From positions 52,824,001-52,888,000 of the forward strand of contig OX597822.1 in assembly GCA_951406725.2 (NCBI GenBank): 64,000 nt of DNA. The letters are read 5' to 3'. Shown piece by piece: positions 41,359 to 56,241 of this stretch. The stretch's first letter is position 1. Every line of letters begins with the position of its first letter. The notes beneath the pieces were generated by a model. It did not search any database. It was not told the origin of the DNA and was given only the letters and a program-made list of their open reading frames with translations. This DNA is from Octopus vulgaris (Eukaryota). The translations under genes were made by a program, and so were the position numbers.

Positions 41359-41931
41359 GTATAAAAAATATATATAAAAATACAAAATGGGACAAGAACG
41401 CAAAACATTCAAATAGACGACACAAAAAACGGACGAGTCATTCGAAGCCTCTAATCTTCAGTCAAGAACCGGATCATCCTCGCAATTTCGGCTGAATCAT
41501 ATACATAATTTATACATATATATATATATATATATATACACACAATATATATATGTATACAGAATATATTCGTGTGTGCATGTGTATGTGTGTGTCTGTA
41601 TATGTGTGTATGTATGTAACTTTTTTTTATGTAATGTATAAATGTACTTGCACACACCTGATACACGGATCAAGAGCAGTGAATGTAATACCAACAAGAT
41701 GAACAAACGAGACAAGGGAAAGATTTCAAATTTAAAACTACGCACAAGCGAATGCAAAGATCTCATCTGAGAATTAAGTTATTTAATGAATTGTTTATGG
41801 CGGATGCTGTGCCTTTACTAATAAATTTGCACGTAGGAGATAAGACGTTAGTTTACGTAAAGGAGATAAGGTGTACTGTTACAAAGAGGCTAATTTACAC
41901 ACACACACACACCACCACCACCACCACCACT

Positions 41932-42076
41932 ACCTATTTCTTTATTACCCACAAGGGGTTAAACATAGAGGGGACAAACAAGGACAGACATAGGTATTAA
42001 GTCGATTACATCGGCCCCAGTGCGTAACTGGTACTTAATTTATCGACCCCGAAAGGATGAAAGGCAAAGTTGACCT
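41932..42076 (-). mobile_element. 5'-truncated SINE family A
   Basis: Tail and core of family A, truncated at aggtcaactttg. Confidence 0.85.
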
Positions 42077-42078
42077 AG

Positions 42079-42267
<189 letters not shown>

Positions 42268-42550
42268 TGAGCTATTTAAGACCGTACAAAAGCTGCCTTT
42301 CATATTTTTCATAGCTTCTTATATCTCTTAATTGCGTATCCTGTTTGTGAACCGTCAAAACGTTCGGCTGCATTTCATAATAGGCAACACTATCCAGAAA
42401 TATGATGAATGCGAATGAATAGACCGGAATATAAATGACAAAAACGATGACAGATAATATTGCATTTTCCTTCAACGCATGGTATTAGGTCAATCTACTT
42501 GACCGAAAGTACCGCTCCGAAATATGTATGTATGTATGTATTCATACATG

Positions 42551-42582
<32 letters not shown>

Positions 42583-43122
42583 TGTATGTATGTATGTATG
42601 TATGTATGTATGTATGTATGTATGTGTATATATATGTATGTATATGTATGTATGCATTCATGCATGTATATGTATGTGTGCGTGTGTATGTGTCTATGTA
42701 TGGAATATTTCAATTTGATAAAACATCGAAAGAGTATCTATATTTATAGAGGTAATTATACGAGTCAAATATTTATACATACGTACATACATACATACAT
42801 ACATACATACATACATACATACATACATACATACATACATACACACATTCCTGTCACAACCTGGGACCTTGAAGAGTGCTTTAATGCAAGAAAGTATACT
42901 AGTCCCTTAATATTTTATATTCAATATTTCATCTATTCAATAAGACAATCAATACTTCATTTCATTTTACTATATATACTATTTATACTATGTATATTCT
43001 ATATTCTACATTACATTAATATTATAAAGAATATAAATAAAAATAAAAAAACAGAGTTGGAATTTCTTTGAATAATATATATCCTTCAATATACACACTC
43101 CTTTACATATATATATATATAT

Positions 43123-43451
43123 TTCTTTTATTCTTTTACTTGTTTCGGTCATTTTGACTGCGGTCATGCTGGAGCACTGCCTAAAGGGTTTTTAGCTGAA
43201 GCAGTCGACCCCCAAGACTTATTCTATCGGGATCATTTGCCGAACCGCTAAGGGACGTAAATACACCAACATCGGTTGTCAAGCGATGGAAGGGGGGACA
43301 AACACAGACACAAAGACACACACACAAATAAATATATATACATGTATATATACCACGAGCTTCTTTCAGTTTCCGTCTACGAAATCCAGTCACGAGGCTA
43401 TGTAGAAGACACTTGCCCAAGGTGCCACGCAGTGGGACTGAACTCGGAACC
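43123..43451 (-). mobile_element. SINE family B
   Basis: Reverse complement of family B with internal deletions. Confidence 0.85.
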
Positions 43452-43609
43452 ATATATATATATATATAGTTGTGTAGGTATCAAGGTAGAGGGGTTTAAT
43501 ACTTCTAAATGATAATTATCTCTGCTTCTTCCTTCTTTATTACCTATCTAATTAAAGACATACCAGCGTAAACCACGAGTTTCCCATTGTTGTTTTATCC
43601 ATTTCCTAT

Positions 43610-44110
<501 letters not shown>

Positions 44111-44144
44111 ATATCTAATGTAGTATAAAATTTTTCGAACAAAC

Positions 44145-44179
<35 letters not shown>

Positions 44180-44303
44180 AATGTCCACGCACACAGACGT
44201 ACATACATAAGTATCTGAAAGTGTGTGAGTACACGTGTATGTGTGTGGGTATATGTATGTGTGTGTGTATGTATGTATGTGTGTGTATGTATATATATAT
44301 ATC

Positions 44304-44860
44304 GGTGAAGTGGATGCGATTAATGACCCTCTTTTACAGTTGTAAATTAATGTTTGCCGGCAAATGATTACGGAACGGAAAAGAATCCTTGAGGGACAAT
44401 GTTTTAAGGAAGAACAACGAGCTTTAGTGGCCAGGACGGTGCCTGCTCGAATGAATGCAACATGAATGGCTAGGGAGGAGAGGCGAGTGAGTCGCAACGC
44501 ATGAGTAGAGTTGACACGTGATCTGCCAGCTCTGAGGGGGCGAAGTTTCTGTCGTAGTTGCTGAAGACAACAAACAGAAGTTGAAGTGTTTTGATGAGTG
44601 ACATGATGCCCAACCAATCGAATAGTTGCAGTGTAGCATCCTTGGATGCAGTATATCATCTCTCTCCATAGTGTAGCAGCACTGTCTCAAATGTGGGTCT
44701 CAACAGACTGCTGTAGAGAGATAATGGTTGTTTGGGGGATGAAGTACTTTCTGGCTCAGAGAAGGGAAGCTAACCTTTATGGTTAAATCTTCGCTACCTT
44801 GAGGTTGAGATCTCCAGGAGAGTTCCTTAACAATGGTAATGCTAGCATTTATAGTGACTG
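44304..44860 (-). mobile_element. CR1/L2/Jockey-like LINE 3' fragment
   Basis: Minus-strand remnants [36 protein letters not shown]. Confidence 0.5.
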
Positions 44861-44861
44861 T

Positions 44862-45131
44862 CATCCGCGCTAGCTAGTCGTGACTAGTCGATCCTACAAC
44901 GACTACCTAGCAAAGTAAATAAAACACAAAATAAATAAAATTTTTTTACAGAAAGTAAATAATTTTTTTTAAAACAAAGTGTAAATAAAACACAAAAATA
45001 CAAAGTAAATAATTTTTTAAAAACAAAATAAAACAAAGACACAAAGTAACGATCGACTAGTCACGACTAGCTAGCGCGGATGCGCGAGTACGCGAGTGCG
45101 CGCGCCGGGACCACGCTTCTTAAGTAGTACC
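44862..45131. mobile_element. Right part of a Merlin-like MITE with internal 32-bp inverted repeat
   Basis: catccgcgctagctagtcgtgactagtcgatc / gatcgactagtcacgactagctagcgcggatg; terminus GGGACC...TTAAGTAGTACC resembles the 8402-8887 TIR. Confidence 0.55.
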
Positions 45132-45859
45132 GTGTGTGTGTGTGTGTGTGTGTAAGGATTCAGTGTTGCTTTTGGTAGGTGGAGTAATTGTGGCACTATA
45201 CTTTTAAATTTAGCAGGAAGTATCAAGATTACATAAAGATGAGTCTATGGCACACAACGTTATGACTGAAAATGAAAGTGGCAGCGTATGGATAGGAGTA
45301 GGCGTTGTTAGAGGCAATGAAAAATGGGTCATTAATGTTTTAGGGGAAATGTTTTGGGGAAAAAAGTCAGGGCACATCTGGCTTGAGAGTGTGCTCCTGT
45401 AGGAGATCGATTCATCTGCACACACCTACGATCCGAAAAGCGAAAGACGGATGGAACCGCGGTAGACAGTTTAGCGAATAGATTTGCATGACAAACATAC
45501 TTGAATACTTTGATGATATCAAGTACAGCGCAATGTTTCCATTAAATTTCTCGAGGATAAGATGGCACATTTGCATGGGGAGACAGGGAAGTAGGACACT
45601 ACCCCCACTAGATCTAATTTTACGAAAGGCTCAGCGCTAGTCATTAAAGAAACAGAGGGATCGAAGTAATCGGAGAATGTGGTCGTTAATAATTCTCTTT
45701 CTCAAGTAGTTTGGAAGTGTTAGTAATGAGAGCGATAGTTAGACAGTTGACGATGAGAGAGGAAATGTTTTGCTTGGGGATGAAATGCACGAAGGTGTCC
45801 CTTTTTGGAAACAAACAGTAGAGTATTTCCATAGATTGGGATAGTTCCACAAGGACAGA

Positions 45860-45931
<72 letters not shown>

Positions 45932-46300
45932 TTGCCAAGTTGCTGAGAATGAATTTGATGTTATGGATTAAATGTAGATAAACAGAAAGTGACACTGCAA
46001 GCTTTTTGCGCTGATTCAAGCTCTAATTCAAAGCTCTGTCTGGCCTTCTGACATGCTATGCCACGTTTACTTGAACAGAGAATTGCATTAAAAGTACACG
46101 TGTTTCAGGAATACCTAGCCACTAACGCGCTCATTTAACATGCTCGTGGTTTACGTGATCGAGTAATACATCGAAATCGACAGTAAATGCATAGATGTTT
46201 TATAAAGAGCTTCTCCTACGAAGTCCCATACCGCATAATAAAGGAAATGTTTAAGGAAATGTTTAAAAAAGACAAAAAATGATTGAAAATATTTGCATAA

Positions 46301-46453
46301 CTGTGTGGTAAGAAATTTGCTTCCCAATCACATGGTTTGGGTTCAATCCCACAGCATGGCATCTTTAGTGCCTTCACCTATAGCCCCCGGTTGACCAAAG
46401 CCTTTTGAGTGGATTGGTTGACGATGCATGTGTGTGTGTGTAAGCTTGTGTAT

Positions 46454-46494
<41 letters not shown>

Positions 46495-46537
46495 AGAGAG
46501 AGAGAGAGAGAAAATATGAATGTATATCTATCCCCCC

Positions 46538-46580
<43 letters not shown>

Positions 46581-46805
46581 ATCTGTGTTTGGTGTGTGTA
46601 TCCATGTATGTATGTATATATATATATATATATATATACACTTTATTTAAAGCAGCAGAAAATTCAACAAAATCTGTTACTCTGAGTTTCTCGTTGCCGT
46701 TCATCAGACAGTTTTTGTATGTATGTATAAAGTTAATCCAAACAAGAAAACAAAGAGAAAACACAACAACGCGAGGACGTGGAACAAATATAGTATTATT
46801 GGACG

Positions 46806-46850
<45 letters not shown>

Positions 46851-46860
46851 TCTCTCTCTC

Positions 46861-46912
<52 letters not shown>

Positions 46913-47042
46913 GAATATGTATATATATGGAATATGTATATCTATCTATCAATCTATCTATCTATCTATCTATCTATTTATCACTCTCTCTATGTATGTA
47001 TGTATGTATGTATGTATGTATGTATGTATGTATCTATCTATC

Positions 47043-47088
<46 letters not shown>

Positions 47089-47246
47089 TGTGTGTGCAAC
47101 CTAGTGCTGTGGCGAAAAGAACGATAGAATAAGCAACGGGTTTAAAAACAAGTAATGTGGTCGATTTATTGGAATTAACCTTTCAAGGCGGTGATCCCCC
47201 CCCCCCCCCCATCATGACCGCAATCCAATGACTGAAACTAGTTAAA
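46301..47246 (+). mobile_element. Old SINE family B split by microsatellite expansion and insertions
   Basis: Head at 46301-46425, tail at 47099-47246. Confidence 0.65.
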
Positions 47247-47595
47247 GGTAATCGTATAATTTCTCATATATGAATCAAGAATAGGACAAAAAAATGAAAT
47301 ACCCCAGCCACACACACACACAAAAAAAAGAGAAATATACCTTATGTATTCATTTAGTTATTAGGGGTTTGAAGGAAGGACAGCTATTCAAAAAATCCGC
47401 TTTAGGAATAGTAAAATCACCGTGTCTTATCGTAGAAACGAATTTGGAACGACGTGGTTAGTAACACACGACTATAATAATTTGTTGAAATCTAGAACAC
47501 GACGAAATATACTCTCTCCCTCCCGTATATTCTGACACGCACACATACACACGCGCACACATACACACGCGCACACATACGCGCACAAAACTCCC

Positions 47596-47627
<32 letters not shown>

Positions 47628-47769
47628 CACTCTCACACATACACACACACACGCAATCACACAGCTATACACACATTCCATCTTCCGCCTTACGTAACGT
47701 GGGAGAGGATGAAAGAGAGAGAGAGAGAGACAAACAGACTGATAGAGAGTGACAGAGAGAAACAGACAG

Positions 47770-47816
<47 letters not shown>

Positions 47817-48622
47817 AATGTATTCAGATAATGTTACATGTTCAGTCTATAATTTCTTTTGAGTGTGTATGTGTTTATATGTATGTATGTATGTATGTAT
47901 GTGTGTATGAATGTGCCTGCCTCCTTATGCAAACATACAGATATACATGTGTTGTGTGTGTGTATGCGTGTGTGCGCGCGCCTTTTGAATGCGGGTGCAC
48001 GTGCGTATGTTTTGTATGTCTGAATTATGTTAATTATACGTACGTACATGTGCGCAGATGTGGTGAGTTTGTAAGCGTGAATGTGAACGTATGCAGCTGT
48101 GTATGTGTGTGTGTGAGTGTGTTTGTGTATGTGTGTGTCTGTGCGTGTGTGTTTGCATATTTGTAGCCAGTGCTTCTTTTGCAATTCACTGAAAATATTT
48201 CCTGCAATCGATTTCGTTGTTCTCTCTCAAGCATCTAGTTGCTGCTATCAGAGAGTTTTATTATTAGAGGTATTTTTGGAGGGAAACGTATGAATGTCAC
48301 TACATCATATCGCTGTCATATCGTTCCGATAAGCTTTCCCGATTTATACGTACACTGGATAATTTTTACGGATAACCATTGCGATGGACCCCAAAGCGAA
48401 GAAGGGAACAAATACTATCCATAAGACCAATTGCTTATATATATATATATATATATATATACCAATTAAGGACTGAACACGAAAAGTGGACAGTCAACAT
48501 GCTAGATATAGACGTCAAATCGCCATTCTCCACACAAGATTATGTTCTCAGATCAAACTCAGCACAAAAATAGCACATATATATATATATATGTAGTATG
48601 TGTGTACACTTACACGCATGCA

Positions 48623-48684
<62 letters not shown>

Positions 48685-48685
<1 letters not shown>

Positions 48686-48870
48686 AAAAGACCGTGAAAA
48701 GACTACAGACGGCTTGTGTTATATGGTTAAAGAATATATTTAATTCGTCATGTTAGAACGTTTCTCTAACATTTTTCTAGCATGACGAATTAAATATATT
48801 CTTTAACCATGTAATACAAGTCTTCTGTAGATTTTTTTCATTCCATTTCGGTTTTTGGTTAACCGATATA
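48685..48870. repeat. Diverged fold-back in (TA)n
   Basis: tggttaaagaatatatttaattcgtcatg.tagaa / ttctagcatgacgaattaaatatattctttaacca, with imperfect extension to actacaga/tctgtag. Confidence 0.7.
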
Positions 48871-48919
48871 TATACATAAAATAGATACACGTACATACAC
48901 CCAGACACATATTTATATG

Positions 48920-48958
<39 letters not shown>

Positions 48959-49158
48959 GTGTGAGTGTTTGTGTGTGTGTGTACATAAATACTCATTATG
49001 TAAGAATGTACCAATGGATAATGAATTTTCCCGAGAAAAATATATTTATTAAACATACGGCATATGGTTTCTCTTTCTCTCTCCCCTCTCTCTTTCATAT
49101 TATCCCTCTCCTCCCTCTCTCTGTATACATATTTATACACAAATTAACATATATACAT

Positions 49159-49250
<92 letters not shown>

Positions 49251-49378
49251 GAATATTCCTTGTATTGTTTGTCTTGTACTCTGTTTTTTCGTTGTTAAAA
49301 AAAGTCCGTTTCCATGTATATATACATATAGATGTAGGTATGTACATATGTATGCATATGTTTTATTTATTAAATTGT

Positions 49379-49412
<34 letters not shown>

Positions 49413-49472
49413 ATATAGATAGATAGATAGATACATACATACATACATAGAGAGAGAGTGATAAATAGATAG

Positions 49473-49556
<84 letters not shown>

Positions 49557-49671
49557 CTAAAGTTAATCCAAACAAGAAAACACAAAAAAAAAACAAAAAA
49601 AGAAAAACACAGCAACGCGAGGACGTGGAACAAATAAAGTATTATTGGACGCTCAGGAAAGAAAGGAAGAA

Positions 49672-49714
<43 letters not shown>

Positions 49715-50241
49715 CATACATGTACACAGACTCAAATTTATAAATATACATACACACAAATTTATATATGTTTCATAATCTGTGTGGTGTCTGCGTGTGT
49801 GTTGTGTGGGTGGATACACTCACGCAGACACACACACCTGATTCTAGATTTTAAGGGACACAGAAATGTAGCGTTTACAGTTACCTACCTACCAACATAC
49901 ATACATAAATACATGCATGCATACATACATACATACATACATACATACATAGAGGCAGACAGACATACAGAGAAAAAGACAATTAGACAGGCAGCAGACA
50001 CAGAGAAAGATAGACACTCAATACAGAAAGATAGACACTCAGGCATAATAGACGCAGAAACCTATAATTCTTTTTTTTTTTATTGTTACACTCCAACAAC
50101 ACAGATAACGTATATTAGAATTTCTTGTATGGAATGTGAATAATAATAATAATAATATGAAAATGAGAATGGCTTACCGAAAAAAAATCGTTCAGTATCA
50201 TAGAATATATTTCTGTATGTGTGCGTGTACGTGTGTGTGTG

Positions 50242-50282
<41 letters not shown>

Positions 50283-50924
50283 CTGCGTGTGTGTGTGTGT
50301 GTGTGTGCGTGTTTGTGAGTGAGTGAGTGTATATATATATAGGGTCTCTCACTGATTTTCTCGTAGCTTTGTCTTGTTTCTCATCCAGTGGTATTTAATT
50401 CCGAAAACAAGATATGATGATGGTGTCTCGGTGAGGGTGTATATTAGCTTCTCTTGTCATCCTCCGCTTGCAGCTTCAGTTATATGACTAAGCCGGTTAT
50501 TAGAGAGGCTGGGGGGGGGGACGAGGGGCGGGAGGGAGGAGGAAAGCAATCGTACTGCTAGTTTTTGGTGTTGATGGTGTGATGGCGGTGGAGGTGACGG
50601 TGGTGGTGGTGGTGGTGGTGGCGGTGGTGGTGGTGGTGGTGGTGGATATAGTAGTGGCAGTGCAATATCAGCAGCTAAAATTGTAGGAAAGTAGCAGTAA
50701 GCGTATTGGTTGTAGTATCGGTGGGAGGAGAAAATGAAGATAACAGCTGCTACTTTTGGTTCCAGTGGCGGCGGAGGCATCGGCGGAGGCGGCGGCGATT
50801 GTGGTGGTGGAGGCGGAGGTGGAGGGGGAGATGAAGGTGGTGGTGGTGGTGGTGGTGGTAAGAATCTTAAGGATGTAGTTGTTTTACCCTAAGGCAGCTC
50901 TAGTCGTGTAGACTTAGGATCCAT

Positions 50925-53323
50925 GAGCTGGCAGAAACGTTACCACGCCGGGCGAGATACTTGGCGGTATTTCGTCTGCCGTTACGTTCTGAGTTCATTT
51001 TTTCGGGATCGATAAATTAAGTACCAGTTACGCACTGGAGTCCATGTAATCGACTTAATCTGTTTGTCTGTCCTTGTTTGTCCCCTCTGTGTTTAGCCCC
51101 TTGTGGGTAATAAAGAAATAGGTATTTCGTCTGCCGTTACGTTCTGAGTTCAAATTCCGCCGAGGTCGACTTTGCTTTCGTCTTTTCGGGGTCGATAAAT
51201 TAAGTACCAGTTACGCACTGGGGTCGATATAATCGGCTTAATCCGTTTGTCTGTCCTTGTTTGTCCCCTCTGTGTTTAGCCCCTTGTGGGTAGTAAAGAA
51301 ATAGGTATTTCGTCCGCCGCTACGTTCTGAGTTCAAATTCCGCCGAGGTCAACTTTGCTTTCATCTTTTCGGGGCCGATAAATTAAGTACCAGTTACGTA
51401 CTGGGGTCGATATAATCGACTTAATCCGTTTGTCTGTCCTTGTTTGTCCCCTCTGTGTTTAGCCCCTTGTGGGTAGTAAAGAAGTAGGTATTTCGTCTGC
51501 CGTTACGTTCTGAGTTCAAATTCCGCCGAGGTCAACTTTGCTTTCATCCTTTCGGGGTCGATAAATTAAGTACCAGTTACGTACTGGGGTCGATATAATC
51601 GGCTTAATCCGTTTGTCAGTCCTTGTTTGTCCCCTCTGTGTTTGGCCCCTTGTGGGTAGTAAAGAAATAGGTATTTCATCTGCCGCTACGTTCTGAGTTC
51701 AAATTCCGCCGAGGTCGACTTTGCCTTTCATCCTTTCGGGGTCGATAAATTAAGTACCAGTTACGCACTGGAGTCGATGTAATCGGCTCAATCCGTTTGT
51801 CTGTCCTTGTTTGTCCCCTCTGTGTTTAGCCCCTTGTGGGTAGTAAAGAAATAGGCATTTCGTCCGCCGCTACGTTCTGAGTTCAAATTCCGCCGAGATC
51901 GACTTTGCCTTTCATCCTTTCGGGGTCGATAAATTAAGTACCAGTTTCGCACTGGGTTCGATGTAATCGGCTCAATCCGTATGTCTGTCCTTGTTTGTCC
52001 CCTCTGTGTTTACCCCCTTGTGGGTAGTAAAGAAATAGGTATTTCGTCCGCCGCTACGTTCTGAGTTCAAATTCCACCGAGGTCAACTTTGCTTTCATCC
52101 TTTCGGGGTCGATAAATTAAGTACCAGTTACGCACTGGGGTCGATATAATCGGCTTAATCCGTTTGTCTGTCCTTGTTTGTCCCCTCTGTGTTTAGCCCC
52201 TTGTGGGTTGTAAAGAAATAGGTATTTCGTCCGCCGCTACGTTCTGAGTTCAAATTCCACCGAGGTCAACTTTGCTTTCATCCTTTCGGGGTCGATAAAT
52301 TAAGTACCAGTTACGCACTGGGGTCGATATAATCGGCTTAATCTGTTTGTCTGTCCTTGTTTGTCCCCTCTGTGTTTAGCCCCTTGTGGGTAGTAAAGAA
52401 ATAGGTATTTCGTCCGCCGCTACGTTCTGAGTTCAAATTCCACCGAGGTCAACTTTGCTTTCATCCTTTCGGGGTCGATAAATTAAGTACCAGTTACGCA
52501 CTGGGGTCGATATAATCGGCTTAATCTGTTTGTCTGTCCTTGTTTGTCCCCTCTGTGTTAAGCATCTTGTGGGTAGTAAAGAAATAGGTATTTCGTCCGC
52601 CGCTACGTTCTGAGTTCAAATTCCACCGAGGTCAACTTTGCTTTCATCCTTTCGGGGTCGATAAATTAAGTACCAGTTACGCACTGGGGTCGATATAATC
52701 GGCTTAATCCGTTTGTCTGTCCTTGTTTGTCCCCTCTGTGTTTAGCCCCTTGTGGGTAGTAAAGAAATAGGTATTTCGTCCGCCGCTACGTTCTGAGTTC
52801 AAATTCCACCGAGGTCAACTTTGCTTTCATCCTTTCGGGGTCGATAAATTAAGTACCAGTTACGCACTGGGGTCGATATAATCGGCTTAATCTGTTTGTC
52901 TGTCCTTGTTTGTCCCCTCTGTGTTTAGCCCCTTGTGGATAGTAAAGAAATAGGTATTTCGTCCGCCGCTACGTTCTGAGTTCAAATTCCACCGAGGTCA
53001 ACTTTGCTTTCATCCTTTCGGGGTCGATAAATTAAGTACCAGTTACGCACTGGGGTCGATATAATCGGCTTAATCTGTTTGTCTGTCCTTGTTTGTCCCC
53101 TCTGTGTTTAGCCCCTTGTGGGTAGTAAAGAAATAGGTATTTCGTCCGCCGCTACGTTCTGAGTTCAAATTCCACCGAGGTCAACTTTGCTTTCATCCTT
53201 TCGGGGTCGATAAATTAAGTACCAGTTACGCACTGGGGTCGATATAATCGGCTTAATCCGTTTGTCTGTCCTTGTTTGTCCCCTCTGTGTTTAGCCCCTT
53301 GTGGGTAATAAAGAAATAGGTAT
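50925..53323 (+). repeat. Tandem array of SINE family A: one head unit plus 12 head-less 183-184 bp units
   Basis: Unit starts GGTATTTCGTC at 51121, 51304, 51487, 51670, 51854, 52038, 52221, 52404, 52587, 52770, 52953, 53136; array ends at 53319. Confidence 0.95.
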
Positions 53324-53589
53324 CCCAGTCGTGCTCTTTCCATCGTGTTTCTCTACTCGCGAGGGAATCTTGGTGTTACATTACACCACATTATCCAATG
53401 CATTTTATGTGCGTGTTCTCTGTGAGTGTTTGTGTATGCTTGTAAGGAGAGACTTAGCAGCAGTTACTAGCAGATCGAGAGTCATAGTGAAAACTGATAG
53501 ATGGAATGTAGTAGGAAGACACAAAGCAGGTCATCTCTCTATGTCTCCATTGTCCTGTTTTTGTTCTCAACTTTGATCCTCCATAAACC

Positions 53590-53815
53590 CAAAATTTTAT
53601 GTTGGCATTTATGGGATCAACTGTCTTCGAAGACTCATATTGTCGTTGAATGCTCGAAATGAGAAGTAGAAAGACAGCTGACTACTGATGAAGGGTCGTT
53701 CTCCGTGTTACTTGTCCTGTTTTCCATTTTCTCTCTCTCGTTGTTAACATATTTATGTTTTCGTACTTCATGTTGTTTACACAGTTGGCGACGTCCTGTA
53801 CTCATATATGCAGAA

Positions 53816-53820
<5 letters not shown>
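53590..53820 (+). mobile_element. Penelope-like tail with degenerate hammerhead-like motif
   Basis: ctgtctt-cgaaga...atgctc-GAAA...GTA-gaaagacag, then ctgatgaaggg; ends in (TA)n. Confidence 0.4.
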
Positions 53821-53856
<36 letters not shown>

Positions 53857-54502
53857 CGTGTGTGTGTGTGTGTTTGTGGCCTAGTGGATAGCGTGTGCGA
53901 CTCATGATCATGAAGTTGTGTTTTCGATTCCTTATAAACTAGCAGATTCTAGGTGATGCAATACCACACAAATTTTTAGGAATATTTTCATAACTTTTCC
54001 TATTCTATCTAAAATTCAGCAAATAAATTGAATACAATTCTATCTATTTTATATCTGATAAATATCTAGGAAAATAATATTTGATACTGCTTTTATTCTG
54101 TTTAGAATGACAAGAGTATTGCCTGAATTTAATTCGAGGGTCCAGTGGACCCATAGGGTAATTAATATATAAAGTGAAATTTTCTAGCTTTTATAAACAT
54201 ACGGAAAAGTTCCCATTTGACAAATAAAAGAGAGTCAAGAAAAAATAAGAGTTACGAGAAATCATCAGAGTCAAATAATAAAAACAGTAGGAAAAAGCAA
54301 CTGAAAAACTGAAATAGGTCCATTGGACCCATTGGTAGACAGAAGGTTAAGCGAGTGTCTTCTACCATTGCCCCGGGCCGATCAAAGCACTCCGAGTGGA
54401 TTTGTTTGGCGGAAACTGAAAGAAGCCCGTATATGTACTGGGATCAATTTGTTCGACTAAAGCCTTCGAAGCGGTGCCCCGGCATGACCGCAGTCCGATG
54501 CC

Positions 54503-54742
54503 TTAACACTTGAATATTCAAGTTGGCCATGTCAAACCCAAATATATTGACCTGTCTTACGTTCAAACTGGCCAGATCAGGCTTCTCACAGCTACCCTAC
54601 AATGACATTCTAAAAGAAACAATCACATCATTGAAATCTCAAAATTAATGTATGATAATGTATGATGATGTATGATAAATCCAAAATAATGTGAATGAAT
54701 AAGCATCATATCTGACAGAGTAATCTGAACGCGAAAGGATTG
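54503..54742. mobile_element. Degenerate TTAA-type (piggyBac-like) MITE
   Basis: Ends ttaacacttgaatattca / tgaacgcgaaaggattga resemble decayed TTAACCCTT...AAGGGTTAA termini. Confidence 0.35.
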
Positions 54743-55182
54743 AAGAAATAAAACATAAAAGATACCCTTATTGTCATTTTAATATCTGATAAGGAAGAGT
54801 AAAAAAATGCTTCAGGAAACGAGGACTAATAAGACCGAAATATGTCCAGAGTTGTCTTTTCGAAGATCAGTCTCTAAACGCATTGCATATCGTCATTTCA
54901 TTTTTAATGAATTCAAATTTCATAGTTGTTTTCTTTGCGTTTCTTCAGAATTGTCGACAACGTTAATGATATTTCCTTCCTCACTACAAGCGTGATTTTA
55001 ATTCATTAATCAAATGAATTAATTTAATATTTTCATGTGTTTCTCTACATTTATGTGTAGCAATTATGATTTATCACCGGTTTGAATATGATGTGCAGCT
55101 GCACCAGAAGGATCACCGCCAGCACTGTCTACACCAACACTATCAGCATCATTAGTATTGTACTGCTACTACTACTACCACC

Positions 55183-55214
<32 letters not shown>

Positions 55215-55546
55215 CAACACAACTACCACCACCACCACAACCACCACCACAACCACCACCAACATCACCACCAACACCACCATTACCACTAACACTACCA
55301 CGATCATCATCATAGCCACCAGCATGTTCAACACCCACACCACGATCATCATTGCTACCATTATCACCAGCAGCAGCAGCAGCAGAAAGCATCACCACCA
55401 CCACCACCACCACCACTGCTACTACCGCTACTACCATCACCACCCGACCAGCACAATGACGACGACCCCTTCCTCACTACTACTACTACTACTACTACTA
55501 CTATAAACACATTCGGTGTCAGATCTCCCGTCTGTTCTCATTGCAG

Positions 55547-55596
55547 TCTCAGAGACTAAAAGCAAAAAAAAAAAAAAGAAGAAATCTCACAAAGAT
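55547..55596 (+). CDS. Candidate lysine-rich micro-exon
   Basis: Acceptor ctgttctcattgcAG, frame SETKSKKKKKKKSHKD, donor GTATGT. Confidence 0.25.
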
Positions 55597-56241
55597 GTAT
55601 GTTAGTCCCGCCCTACTCAGTTTCATGTGTGAAACCACATTTGCCTCCCTCTTCACATCTTGTGGCCTTTTCACCAACATAGTTGAAAATTTGCTCTTAA
55701 AATCCACCACAATACGTGTGTGTATATCACAATAGTTTGTTTAGTCGTGGTGAACCCTGATAGAGGGAGTGCCGTGATTAACAGTGTTTCTTTTATTTCT
55801 TTTTCTTTCTTTTTTTTTTTTTTACTGACACAATAGCAAAGGACTACATATTTGAACACTTCTTTTCTATAAGTCGGTTTGATGCAGATTTGGCTGCTAT
55901 TCTGACAGATTGAGTAACCGCACAAAAACTCCCTCGCTGGCTCATAGAAAAAAAGGAACACACGCACAAACAGAAAGACAAAAGACAAAATATAACCTAT
56001 GTTGTATCAGTTTTATAATTCGGAGATGAGGGAAAACATGAACGGTTTCAGTAAACGCTTTCACATGAATAAAAACATTGTTGTTGGTGTTAAGTTGAAG
56101 CTTCTCCAAATCTATGCCTGGATAGAGAATATAATTGGGAAAGGAAAGAGTGAGTTAGGTGTTTCAGACAGGCGCAGAGGGAGTAACAGAATCATTAGAA
56201 CTTTGGTTTTAAATAGTGTATTTTTACTAGCGTTGTCAATT

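Noticed and set aside
42272-42475. Minus-strand membrane-protein exon
   Set aside because: In-frame stop just upstream, no suitable acceptor or ATG, no recognised homology.
51121-51303. Hammerhead ribozyme in the SINE array unit (retrozyme-like)
   Set aside because: No CTGANGA core with matching stems found on either strand by eye; other ribozyme classes not excluded.
55082-55506. Pro/Thr/His-rich protein
   Set aside because: Compound ACC/ACA/CAT/CTA microsatellite open in several frames.
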